Origin: an uncultured Chromatiales bacterium
Lineage (GTDB): Bacteria; Bacteroidota; Ignavibacteria; SZUA-365; CAYQST01
NCBI GenBank assembly: GCA_964449305.1
Contig: CAYUYM010000001.1
Location: 32,160 to 96,159 of the forward strand
Direction of reading: 5' to 3'
Length of the DNA: 64,000 nt
A program made the translations under genes and the position numbers. How positions within the stretch are numbered: the stretch's first letter is position 1; each line of letters starts with the position of its first letter. Below the pieces are notes generated by a model, which did no database searches, had not been told where the DNA came from, and saw only the letters and a program-made list of their open reading frames with translations. This document shows, one piece after another, positions 49,197 to 58,681 of the stretch.

Positions 49197-51389
49197 ATGT
49201 GGTGGGTGCTGCTGTGCGCGCTGCTGGCTGTCGGTCTCACCCCGGTGCAGGCACAGACCGGCACGGTGACGGGCACGGTCCGCGACCCACAGGGGACAGC
49301 GCTGGCCGGTGCCAGCATCGTGGTGAAGGGCACGGTGCTCGGAGCAGCGACATCTCCTGATGGTGGATTCCAGGTGCGGAACATCCCTGTTGGAACGCGG
49401 GAGCTTGTCGTGAGCATGGTGGGGTATCGGCGCATGATCGCCCCGGTGGAGATTGTCGCCGGGACGGTGGCACGCGTGGACATCGTCCTTGTGGAGGCGG
49501 CGATCCAGTCAGGTGAGGTTGTGATCACGGCCGGGCGCCGGCCGCAGAGCCTGGAGGAGGTGCCGGTGAGCATGGCGATCGTCGACGGCCGCGACATCGA
49601 GCGGCGCAACCAGGTGAGTCTCGACGATGCGCTTCGGTACATACCCGGTGTGAACATGACGGAATCACAGGTCAACATCCGCGGGTCCAGCGGGTACAGC
49701 CGGGCGTTCGGGACGCGTGTGCTGATCCTGGTGGACGGCATTCCCCAGTTGTCGGGGGATGCGGGAGAGATCAAGTACGACGCGATACCGATGTTCACGA
49801 TCGACCGCATCGAGGTGGTGAAAGGCGCTGGCTCGGCGCTGTACGGATCGAGCGCGCTGGGTGGGGTGATCAATGTGATCACACGGGAACCGGAGCGGAG
49901 GATGACGCGGGCACGTGTGTCCGCAGGGTTCTACGAGCAACCCTGGTACCCGGAGTGGCGCTGGTGGGGGAGCGGGGTGCAGGCCTTTGGAGGCGTGGAT
50001 GTGCAGCACGCCGATCGTCTCGGGGCGTTCTCCTACATGCTCACGGGCGGCTTCCATCGCAACGCCGGGTACCGGCAGAACGATGATTACACGCGGTGGA
50101 ACCTCAATGGCAAGGCACGCCACCGCATTGACGGGCAATCCGATCTCGGTGTGTTCGCCACGTATGCCTCGGACAACCGCGGCAACTGGATCTACTGGCG
50201 CGGTCTCGATTCCGCACTCATCCCGCCGTCCTCAGCCGACCTCACCGAGCACATCGTCTCCACGAAATTCCAGACAGGAGCGCATTACCGCAGGACGGTC
50301 AGTCCATCATTCTCCTGGTCGGCACGGGGGCATCTCTACAGGACGGCCTACGACACACACAGCGACAGTTCCACCTACGAGTTCCGTCCGAATGACAGGA
50401 CGCAGTCCTCGGCAAATGCCTGGGGGTTGGAGGTGCAGGGATCATGGGCGCCGCATGCCACCGACATGCTCGTTTTTGGTGTCGATGGGACATACAGCAC
50501 GGTGGACGCCAGGACGTACGGACGGAAAGCAGGGTATTCCGGGGCAGTCTATGTGCAGAACGAATGGACGGTGCAGCCGGGGCTGACGCTGTCCACCGGA
50601 GCGCGCTTTGATCTGACACGGGTTGATTCCCTGGAATCAGCCAGCCAGTTCAACCCACGCGCCGGTATCGCCTGGTCGATGTTCGAGGGCACGACGCTGC
50701 GGGCCTCGGTGGGCAGGGGTTTCCGGTCGCCATCCATCGCCGAACGTTTCGTGCAGGCATCGGGTGGCACGATCCGCACCAAGCCCAACCCGGCACTGCG
50801 ATCTGAGAGCAGTGTGTCCTACGAGGCAGGTGTGAAGCAGATGCTGCCGTTCGGGACGATGCTTGATGTGGCGGGGTTCTGGAGCGACTACGAGAACCTT
50901 GTGGAGCCGACCATCGATCCTGCAGACGGGATGGTGCGTTTCGAGAACATCACGCGTGCCCGCATCCGTGGTGTGGAGATCGGCGTGATGGGGTCGCTGT
51001 TCCATGGGCTGTTCGAATACTCGGCCGGGTACACCTGGATGGAGCCGAAGGATCCACGGACCGATTCGACGCTCAAGTACCGTCCCCGACATCTGCTGTT
51101 CGCCACCGCCGGGGTGCAGCACGCCGGTGTGTCGTTGACAGCGGATTACCGGTACGTCAGCCGCATCGACGCCATTGACGATGCCGCCGGGCTGCTGATC
51201 CGCAACGCCGACATCCGTGTTGCCACGCAGGTGGTGGACCTGCGGCTTTCCTGGGATCTGGCATCCATCGCCATCCCGCTTGTGGCAACGTTTTCGGTCG
51301 ACAACCTGCTCCAATACCATTATTCCGAAATCATCGGCAACATCGCCCCGATCCGCCATTACACGCTGACCCTGCAGTGGCAGAACTGA
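49197..51389 (+). CDS. TonB-dependent receptor with N-terminal carboxypeptidase-regulatory-like (CarbopepD_reg) domain
   Basis: It has a signal peptide. The N-domain begins GTVTGTVRD...GASIVVKGT. The plug domain carries [29 protein letters not shown]. The 22-strand barrel ends ...LTLQWQN. A TonB box-like region is present. Confidence 0.85.
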   Translation: [730 protein letters not shown]

Positions 51390-51441
51390 CTTGGAAGGCT
51401 GAATGCAGAAAAGGCCCCGTCTCTGACGAAGCCTTTTCTTT

Positions 51442-51528
51442 TGGTGCGGAAGGCGGGACTTGAACCCGCATGCCCTTGCGAGCGCCACCCCCTCAAGATG
51501 GTGTGTCTGCCAATTTCACCACTTCCGC
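51442..51528 (-). tRNA. tRNA-Leu (anticodon GAG), type II with long variable arm, CCA encoded
   Basis: The reverse complement is GCGGAAGTGGTGAAATTGGCAGACACACCATCTTGAGGGGGTGGCGCTCGCAAGGGCATGCGGGTTCAAGTCCCGCCTTCCGCACCA. The acceptor stem and the T-arm GCGGG-TTCAAGT-CCCGC fold. The anticodon stem is CCATC/GGTGG, the loop is TTGAGGG, and the variable arm is 15 nt. Confidence 0.9.
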
Positions 51529-51537
51529 ATTTTCCTG

Positions 51538-51609
51538 TGAGGCTGGATGGGCTTGAACCATCGACCCTCTGCTTAAAAGGCAGATGCTCTACCACTGAGC
51601 TACAGCCCC
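51538..51609 (-). tRNA. tRNA-Lys (anticodon UUU)
   Basis: The reverse complement is GGGGCTGTAGCTCAGTGGTAGAGCATCTGCCTTTTAAGCAGAGGGTCGATGGTTCAAGCCCATCCAGCCTCA. The anticodon stem is TCTGC/GCAGA and the loop is CTTTTAA. The T-arm is GATGG-TTCAAGC-CCATC. CCA is not encoded. Confidence 0.9.
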
Positions 51610-51780
51610 TCATCTGCCGTGGTCAACAAATGTACAAAAGCGATGCGGCCTGCGCAAGCATCGCGTGCATTTTTTTCGCGACGCGTGAACGATGATGCCG
51701 ACTGGAGCGGCCGTGGATTGTCCGGGAGCGTCGCTTCCCCCATATTTGCGGGTGCACCACTGGAGGATGCCTCCCCGACC

Positions 51781-52452
51781 ATGAACCACGCACCCTGTGA
51801 TCTGATTGTCTTCGACCTCGACGGAACGCTCATCGACACCCGTCGAGACATCATCGATTCCGTGAACCGTCTGCTGGTGGCGCGGGGCCACGCCACGCTC
51901 CCGGACGACCGCATCATGCCGATGATCGGCCTCGGCATGCGGCACCTGGTGCGGGAGGCCCTGCTGGCTGCCACGGGATCGGATGCCGGGCTGGACCACG
52001 CCCTGCACGAGTATGCGTCTATCTACGAGGCCCACATGTTCGATGCGGCGGCACCGTATCCCGGGGTGCGGGAGGCGCTTCCTTCGCTCGAACCCGTTCT
52101 TGCCGTGCTGACAAACAAGGGAACCGCCTTCGCTGTACGTATGCTGGACGTCTTCGGAATGCGCGCGTGGTTTCGTCACATCGTGGGCGGAGACACTCCT
52201 CACGGTCTGAAACCGGATCCCACGGGGCTGCGGGCGATCATCGCCGCCTGCGGCACCAGCCCGGAACGCACACTGATGGTGGGGGATTCGGTGCACGACA
52301 TTGAGGCGGGGCGGGCGGCGGGAGCACGCACCTGTGCGGTGACCCACGGTTTTCAGCCGGAGGAGGCGCTTCGGATCTCGAGCCCGGACTTCCTTCTCCA
52401 CCATTTTGGTGACCTCATGGGAATTGCCGCCGGTCGTTGCTTTCATCCTTGA
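51781..52452 (+). CDS. HAD-superfamily hydrolase (phosphoglycolate phosphatase-like)
   Basis: HAD motif I is LIVFDLDGTLIDT. Motif II is VLTNK. Motif III/IV is MVGDSVHDIEAGRAAG. Confidence 0.7.
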   Translation: MNHAPCDLIVFDLDGTLIDTRRDIIDSVNRLLVARGHATLPDDRIMPMIGLGMRHLVREALLAATGSDAGLDHALHEYASIYEAHMFDAAAPYPGVREALPSLEPVLAVLTNKGTAFAVRMLDVFGMRAWFRHIVGGDTPHGLKPDPTGLRAIIAACGTSPERTLMVGDSVHDIEAGRAAGARTCAVTHGFQPEEALRISSPDFLLHHFGDLMGIAAGRCFHP

Positions 52453-52528
52453 TTCTCCTTACTTTCTTGTAAGGAAACTGTCGGGTTGATTCCTTACTCT
52501 GCATCCTACTCACAGCCACCCCGCCCGA

Positions 52529-53020
52529 ATGGAAGAGAATTATTTCGACACCGAACTGACACATGCCACGATCCTGTCACGGGTAAACACTCTCTACCAG
52601 ATTTCGAACGATTTGATCAGCAACATGGCCAATGTGGCCTCTCTGTTGTATTGGAGCATGGACGGCATCAACTGGGTCGGATTCTACATTCGCAAGGGGG
52701 ACACGCTTGTCCTCGGGCCCTTCCATGGCAAGCATGCCTGCGCATCGATCGCCATGGGGAAGGGCGTGTGCGGGCTTGCCGCACAATCGAAGAAATCCAT
52801 CATTGTTCCCGATGTCCACAAATTCAATGGCCACATTGTGTGCGATTCGGCCACCCTGTCGGAAATCGTGGTGCCGCTGATCTACAAGGGGCGCGCGATC
52901 GGCGTGCTGGATGTGGACAGCCCGATGCTTGACCGGTTCAAGCAGCAGGATCAGCACTTTTTCGAGGACGTGGCGCAGCAGTTGATGATCTCAGTCGGTG
53001 ACAACATCCCCAAGTGGTAG
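52529..53020 (+). CDS. GAF-domain free methionine-(R)-sulfoxide reductase (fRMsr/MsrC-like)
   Basis: The 163-aa protein carries WVGFY, the conserved Cys triad region HGKHACASIAMGKGVCG, and EIVVPLIYKGRAIGVLDVDSP. Confidence 0.7.
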   Translation: MEENYFDTELTHATILSRVNTLYQISNDLISNMANVASLLYWSMDGINWVGFYIRKGDTLVLGPFHGKHACASIAMGKGVCGLAAQSKKSIIVPDVHKFNGHIVCDSATLSEIVVPLIYKGRAIGVLDVDSPMLDRFKQQDQHFFEDVAQQLMISVGDNIPKW

Positions 53021-53209
53021 CGCCCAGCACCATTTCCCATACCGAAATTTCGCATCCCCGAAGGCTCGTATGCACAGGGCGGGTTGCGTATTTTTGGATC
53101 TGTCATCGGCGGTGCGCACAGTGCGCTCTCGCCGCGTTTTGCCTCCATTCCCCACATCGTGGAACCACCCGCTGACGCCACCCCTTTCCTGAGCAGACCC
53201 GCCGCCGGC

Positions 53210-54466
53210 ATGACACGTCTACGGCATCAGACCCTGTGGCACTTCAGTTCGCAGGCGGTGAACGCCGCGCTCGGCTTCGCCTCCACCGTGCTGCTGACCC
53301 GGACGCTGTCTGTGGAGGACTTCGGCCTGACGTCCTTCGTGCTTGCGCTCGTGCAACTCGTCTCCGTCTTCTTCGATTTCGGCGTCTCGTCCGCGACGAT
53401 GCGCCTTGCGGCGGTGACGCAGGACGCCGGAGAGGCCCGCGTGCTCCACGCCGCGTCGCTGCAGCGTGCCGCCCGCAACGGCGGGCTGTTTGCCCTCGCC
53501 ATTGTGCCGGTCGCATCGCTTTTCGCCCTGGTGGCGGAGCATGGTCTTCACACGCCCGTCCCGGACGGCACCACGCTGATGCTGGTCGGGGTCGTCCCCA
53601 TCCTCTGGAGCTATCTGCTGCTGGAGCCGGCCATCGCGGCCCTGCAGGGGAGGAACGCGATCGGCACACTCGCCCTCCTCCTTCCTGTCGCCAAGCTTCT
53701 CCATCTGGCGCTGTACCTTGCCTGTCTGGCCGGCGGCCTCGTCTCCGCACGCGTTGCGGTGCTCACCACCATCCTGGGGGTTGGCGGAGCAGCCACACTG
53801 ATGTGGACCCGGCTGCGGCCCGATGCGCGAGGAGTGGATCGGGGGCGCGAGCTTCTGCGTCAGGAGATCCGGCACTTCGGCCGTGAGGTGTACCTGGGCA
53901 GGATCGTGGACGGTGTCACGAACGGTCTGGACAAGGTGGTGATCACCCTCGTCTCTGGTGTGGCGGCTGGTGGCGTCTACGCCGTGGCCTTCATCATGAC
54001 CATGCCGCTTGGCATGTTGAGCAGCGCCCTCTCGGCCAGCGCCTACAGGCGTTTCGCCACCATGTCCCGCATCCCGCGGCAGGTGCTGTGGACGAATGCG
54101 ACCTGGTGCCTCGGGGGGGGTGTGCTGCTCGTCGCCGGTTGCGAGCTCATCATCCCGTGGATCTTTCCGGCGAAGTACGGCGACGCGCTTCGCGTGCTCC
54201 CCCTCCTGGCCGGTGGTGCTGCGCTTGCCGGGCTCAATCAGCCCTTCCACGCCTTCCTTTCGGCCCACCGCCAGGGGCGGGCGATCAAGGTCATGTCCAT
54301 CACCACCTCCAGTCTCAACATCGCTGCCAACCTCACACTCATTCCGTTTCTCGGCATGCATGGCGCGGGAATTGCCCTTGTATTGAGTTATGGTTTGAAT
54401 ATCTTGATGAACCTCCACTACTACCATGACTGGCGTACCAGTGCATCGAACGACCGTGAACATTAG
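53210..54466 (+). CDS. MOP-superfamily polysaccharide/oligosaccharide flippase (Wzx-like), immediately upstream of porU
   Basis: The 418-aa polytopic membrane protein has a Wzx-like N-terminus, QAVNAALGFASTVLLTRTL. A TGGCAC-like sequence lies inside the gene, but I do not treat it as a promoter. Confidence 0.6.
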   Translation: MTRLRHQTLWHFSSQAVNAALGFASTVLLTRTLSVEDFGLTSFVLALVQLVSVFFDFGVSSATMRLAAVTQDAGEARVLHAASLQRAARNGGLFALAIVPVASLFALVAEHGLHTPVPDGTTLMLVGVVPILWSYLLLEPAIAALQGRNAIGTLALLLPVAKLLHLALYLACLAGGLVSARVAVLTTILGVGGAATLMWTRLRPDARGVDRGRELLRQEIRHFGREVYLGRIVDGVTNGLDKVVITLVSGVAAGGVYAVAFIMTMPLGMLSSALSASAYRRFATMSRIPRQVLWTNATWCLGGGVLLVAGCELIIPWIFPAKYGDALRVLPLLAGGAALAGLNQPFHAFLSAHRQGRAIKVMSITTSSLNIAANLTLIPFLGMHGAGIALVLSYGLNILMNLHYYHDWRTSASNDREH

Positions 54467-54533
54467 ACGATTCCCTTCCATGCCAACAACAGCCGGCCCT
54501 GAGTTCCATCGCCGCGGAACACCGCCGCACAGA

Positions 54534-57500
54534 ATGGCCCGGGTTCTCCTGCTCGCCGCTGCGGGGGCATGCCTGCTTGCCACCTCCCCGGCTCGTGCAC
54601 AGCTCACGGGTCGCATCACCATTCTTGCATCGGATGCCCGGGGGATCACCATCGAATACCGTCCCGCCCTGACGAGGCGCACCATCGGCGGCGGTGCTGC
54701 GGCCATGACCGCCTATGTGCTCGACGGGGGAATCCGACCGGGATCGATGCAGGCGGGCGAGCCCGATCTGCCCTTGTACTCGCATCCGCTGGTGGTGCGC
54801 GGCCTGGCAGGCAACAGCGTCATGGTGCTCGAGGACGACTACCACACCGACCGGGACGTGGTGGTGCCGCCTGTGCCCTCGGTCAGGATTGATGGCGGAG
54901 TGGCAGAGGAGCGACTCGTCACGGGGCCGGCGTATTCGTCCGCCGGATTCCAGCCGGCGTCGATTGCCCGGCTTCGTGAGCCCGGGATCGCCCGCGACCA
55001 GATGCTTGCATCGCTCGAGGTGCACGTGGTGCAGTACGATCCCGTTCTGCGGGTCGCGCGCGTCCATGACCGCATCGTGGTGCGCGTGACCTACGGCCCG
55101 CCCCATCCGGCGCTGACCTCGGCTGCCGGGGATGCGGCGTTCCAGGTGGATGCGATCAATGCGGACCAGGCGGGTCGCTGGAGGCTTCGTCAACCCGCGG
55201 CACGCAAGGCCGCGATCTCGCAGCTTGCCACCGGTTCCTGGTACCGGATCGAGACGACGGAGGAGGGCATGTACCGCCTGCCGCTGTCGTGGTTCAGCGC
55301 CGCCGGCATCGACATCGCCGCGGTGGATCCCAGGACCATCCGCATGTTTGGCAGCGGCGGACGTGAGCTGCCGCCGGATCCGGACGCCCTGCGCCCGGCG
55401 GATCTGCAGGAGATCGCCATCCTGGTGCATGGCGAGGCAGACGGCCGCTTCGACGAGGGGGATTACGTCGAGTTCTATGGACGGGGATTGAGCGGTTTTG
55501 TCTATGACAGCATCGCCGGGCGGTTCCGGCACTACATCCATCGTTTCGACAATGCCAACTCCTGGCTTCTGACCTTCGGTGGGGCGACAGGAAAGCGCAT
55601 GCAGGGGCAGCCATCCCTGTCGATGCCGGCGCCGATGCAGCCCGCCTTTTTCCTTGGGAAGGACTTTGTGGAGGAGGAGGTGAACAACCTGCTGCTTTCG
55701 GGCAAGCTCTGGCTTTCGAAGAAGCTCACCGCCGGCCTCGGCAGCGCCAACCAGATCATCTACTCGCGCAAGCTCACGGGGTATGTGGAGGGGCAGCCGG
55801 TGCAGTACCGTGTGCAGTTGTACTCCGCCTCCGACAGACAGACGAGCAATTCCTTCACGCTGTCGGACAACGGCACCACCATCGGCATTGTCCCGATGGG
55901 CACCGTGGATTTTGACACCGACAGGGACGACATCGCTGCGAGCTCGGGGGAACGCTTCCTCACCTCGCGCGGGGCCATCGTCGACGACAGGAGCAACCTC
56001 ACCATCGCCTACTCGTGCAGCAATCCCGACCGCAATCGTGGAGGCTATGTGGACTGGGTGGAATGGTACTACGCACGCCGCTTCGAGCCGGTGAACGATG
56101 TGCTCGCCTTCACAAGCCCGGACACCACCGCCACCGTTGAGTACGCGATCAACGGCTTCTCGATGAGCGACATCCATGTGTACGACATCACGAACCACGC
56201 CGACGTCCGCAGAATCGACGGCGCCTCCATCAGCGGTGGGACGCTGCGCTTTCAGGCGGCCGTCGTGGAGCGCTCGCCCCGGAGCTACTTCTCCTATGCC
56301 GCGACGGCGTTCAGAACGCCCGGCGCGCCTTCGAAGGTGGAGAACAGCACCCTTCTCGGCACCGACGGGGCGGAGTTCATCATCATCGCACCACGGGCGT
56401 TTCTCGCCGCGGCGGAGCGCCTCAAGGCCCACCGCGAATCCTCCACTCCCGCGATGAAGACACGCGTGGTGGTGCTGCCGGACATCTACACGGAGTTCAA
56501 TTCGGGCGTGAAGGACCCCACGGCCATCCGCAACTTTCTGGTGCATGCCCTGCGGTCCTGGACGCCCGCGCCGAAGTATGTGCTGCTTCTGGGCGACGGG
56601 CACTACGACTACAAGGGCTACACCACGCGGGAGGAGATCCAAATCCCCGTCTGGGAGTCCGAGAACTCGATCAATCTGCTCGCATGCTATGTGACCGATG
56701 ATTACTACGCCTGCGTGGCCGGTTCCGACAGGCGCGTGGATCTCGGGCTCGGCCGCCTGCCGGTGATGAGCGCCTCCGAGGCCGATGATGCAGTGAGCAA
56801 GATCATCCACTACGAGAGCGGGATGGACTTCGGTGGCTGGCGCAACCGCGTCTGCTTTGTGGCGGATGACGGCCTCACCACGCGTGGCGACGACATGAAC
56901 ACCCACACGCAGCAATCCGAGACGCTGGCAGCGGGACTGCCCCCGGACATCGAGCAGAAGAAGATCTACATCATCTCGTATCCGACGGAGAACACCGCGC
57001 AGGGGCGTCGCAAGCCCGATGCGAACCGGGCGATCATCGACCAGATCAATGAGGGCTGTGTGGTGATGAACTACACGGGCCACGGCAGTGAATCGGTGTG
57101 GGCGCATGAGCAGGTGCTGGTGTCCGACGTGTCGATCCCGCAGATGCGGAACACCGACAGACTCACCTTTGTCACGGCCGCCACCTGCACCTTCGGCCTG
57201 TACGACCATCCGAATCTCCGGAGCGGCATGGAGATGATGCTCATCAAGCCCGACGGTGGAGCGATCGGAGCACTCTGCTCGCCGCGCGTGGTGATCTCCG
57301 GCCAGAACTCCGTGTTCAACGAGTCCTTCTTCAACACCACCTTCCTCAAGGGCAGGGATGATGCCGGCCGCGTCAAACCGATCTCCACCTCGGTATGGGC
57401 CACGAAGCAGACGCTCTACGGCGATCCAGGCTACGAGAAGTTCCACCTCTTCTGCGATCCCACGGTCCGGCTCCTGTTGCCACGATTCCGTGGCTCGCTC

Positions 57501-58550
57501 GATTCCATCGTGGTGAACGGGCAGCGCGTCGCCACGGGCCGTGCGCAGCTCCGGGCGCTGTCGAAGGTCACCATGCATGCGAGCGTGCTCCAGCCGGATT
57601 CCTCCGTGTGGGCGGACTTCAACGGCACAGCCCAGGCGAGCCTCTTCGATGCGGAGCGGCACGTCCCCATACCGGAATGGAACAACTGGTCCTACGTCCA
57701 GCCCGGCGGGCTGCTTTTCAACGGGAAGGCGACCATCAGGAACGGGCAGTTTGCGGTCAGCTTCATCGTGCCGAAGGACATCTCCTACGAAAACGCCACG
57801 GGTCGCTTCGCGCTGTACTTTGATGACGCGAGGGAGGATGGTGCCGGGTATTCGATCGACCTCACCGTGGGGGGAAGTGACAGCACTGCCAGCCCCGATG
57901 GAAAGGGCCCGGACATCGATCTTTTCCTGGACAGCAGGGCCTTCCAGCCGGGCGATGTGGTGAACGAGCGCCCGCGCTTGATCGTGGATCTCTTCGATGA
58001 GCATGGCATCAACATGACGGGCCTTGGCATCGGGCACAGCATCGAGTGCCGGCTCGACAAATCCGACAGGAGCATCGTTCTGAACTCGTATTTCACGGGC
58101 GATGTGGATTCGTATCAGAAGGGATCGGTGGAATATCAGCTCGACGGACTGGCGCCCGGGATGCACACCGCCACTGTGCGGGCATGGGACATCTACAACA
58201 ATTCCACGACTGCTGAGACGATGTTCCGCGTGGTGAACAGCGCCCGGCTGGCGCTCGAGCAGGTGGTTCCATATCCCAACCCCATGACCGACGCGACCGC
58301 CTTCACCTTCCAGCACAACCAGTCGGTGGCGGTGAACGCCGATGTCCGCGTTTACACGATCGCCGGTCGGCAGATACGGAAACTCACAGCGTCCAGCGTC
58401 ACCGATCGCTTCATCCAGATCCCCTGGGATGGCCGCGATGAAGACGGCGACCGGGCGGCCAACGGAATATACTTCTACCGCGTGACCGTGGAGACGGTGG
58501 ACGGATCGCTTCATGCAGAATCCACCGGCAAGGTGGCGATCGCCCGTTGA
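54534..58550 (+). CDS. porU: PorU-like type IX secretion C-terminal signal peptidase (gingipain/C25 family) with own CTD
   Basis: It has a signal peptide, MARVLLLAAAGACLLATSPARAQ. The C25 catalytic dyad context is MNYTGHGSE (His) and FVTAATCTFGLYD (Cys), with LLGDGHYDYKG. It is about 1338 aa. The CTD is PYPNPMTD...GKVAIAR. PorV lies immediately downstream. The antisense 1419-aa ORF 54339..58598 is shadow. Confidence 0.75.
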   Translation: MARVLLLAAAGACLLATSPARAQLTGRITILASDARGITIEYRPALTRRTIGGGAAAMTAYVLDGGIRPGSMQAGEPDLPLYSHPLVVRGLAGNSVMVLEDDYHTDRDVVVPPVPSVRIDGGVAEERLVTGPAYSSAGFQPASIARLREPGIARDQMLASLEVHVVQYDPVLRVARVHDRIVVRVTYGPPHPALTSAAGDAAFQVDAINADQAGRWRLRQPAARKAAISQLATGSWYRIETTEEGMYRLPLSWFSAAGIDIAAVDPRTIRMFGSGGRELPPDPDALRPADLQEIAILVHGEADGRFDEGDYVEFYGRGLSGFVYDSIAGRFRHYIHRFDNANSWLLTFGGATGKRMQGQPSLSMPAPMQPAFFLGKDFVEEEVNNLLLSGKLWLSKKLTAGLGSANQIIYSRKLTGYVEGQPVQYRVQLYSASDRQTSNSFTLSDNGTTIGIVPMGTVDFDTDRDDIAASSGERFLTSRGAIVDDRSNLTIAYSCSNPDRNRGGYVDWVEWYYARRFEPVNDVLAFTSPDTTATVEYAINGFSMSDIHVYDITNHADVRRIDGASISGGTLRFQAAVVERSPRSYFSYAATAFRTPGAPSKVENSTLLGTDGAEFIIIAPRAFLAAAERLKAHRESSTPAMKTRVVVLPDIYTEFNSGVKDPTAIRNFLVHALRSWTPAPKYVLLLGDGHYDYKGYTTREEIQIPVWESENSINLLACYVTDDYYACVAGSDRRVDLGLGRLPVMSASEADDAVSKIIHYESGMDFGGWRNRVCFVADDGLTTRGDDMNTHTQQSETLAAGLPPDIEQKKIYIISYPTENTAQGRRKPDANRAIIDQINEGCVVMNYTGHGSESVWAHEQVLVSDVSIPQMRNTDRLTFVTAATCTFGLYDHPNLRSGMEMMLIKPDGGAIGALCSPRVVISGQNSVFNESFFNTTFLKGRDDAGRVKPISTSVWATKQTLYGDPGYEKFHLFCDPTVRLLLPRFRGSLDSIVVNGQRVATGRAQLRALSKVTMHASVLQPDSSVWADFNGTAQASLFDAERHVPIPEWNNWSYVQPGGLLFNGKATIRNGQFAVSFIVPKDISYENATGRFALYFDDAREDGAGYSIDLTVGGSDSTASPDGKGPDIDLFLDSRAFQPGDVVNERPRLIVDLFDEHGINMTGLGIGHSIECRLDKSDRSIVLNSYFTGDVDSYQKGSVEYQLDGLAPGMHTATVRAWDIYNNSTTAETMFRVVNSARLALEQVVPYPNPMTDATAFTFQHNQSVAVNADVRVYTIAGRQIRKLTASSVTDRFIQIPWDGRDEDGDRAANGIYFYRVTVETVDGSLHAESTGKVAIAR

Positions 58551-58681
58551 ATCTGCGAAATGCAGCGGTATTTGCCACTTCCACAGGAATGGAACCAAGG
58601 TACCGAATTTTTGGGTTTTGAAATTTCGGCGATTTCACAGTACTTTAATTGTTTTTCTACTGTTACGATCCGAGGATACCG

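Noticed and set aside
51390-51620. Genomic island integrated at the tRNA-Lys/tRNA-Leu pair
   Set aside because: There is no integrase, no transposase and no direct repeat of the tRNA 3' end in the window. The flanking genes are a TonB receptor and a HAD hydrolase with native-looking composition.
53238-53256. Sigma-54 promoter-like TGGCAC-N5-TTCGC
   Set aside because: The -12 element is TTCGC rather than TTGC. The site lies inside the Wzx-like coding sequence.
54339-58598. The 1419-aa minus-strand ORF, the largest in the track
   Set aside because: It lies antisense to the porU gene. porU has a clear C25 peptidase His/Cys context, a signal peptide and a T9SS CTD. The antisense product is R/G/H/D-rich with no motifs, which is the typical high-GC shadow ORF.
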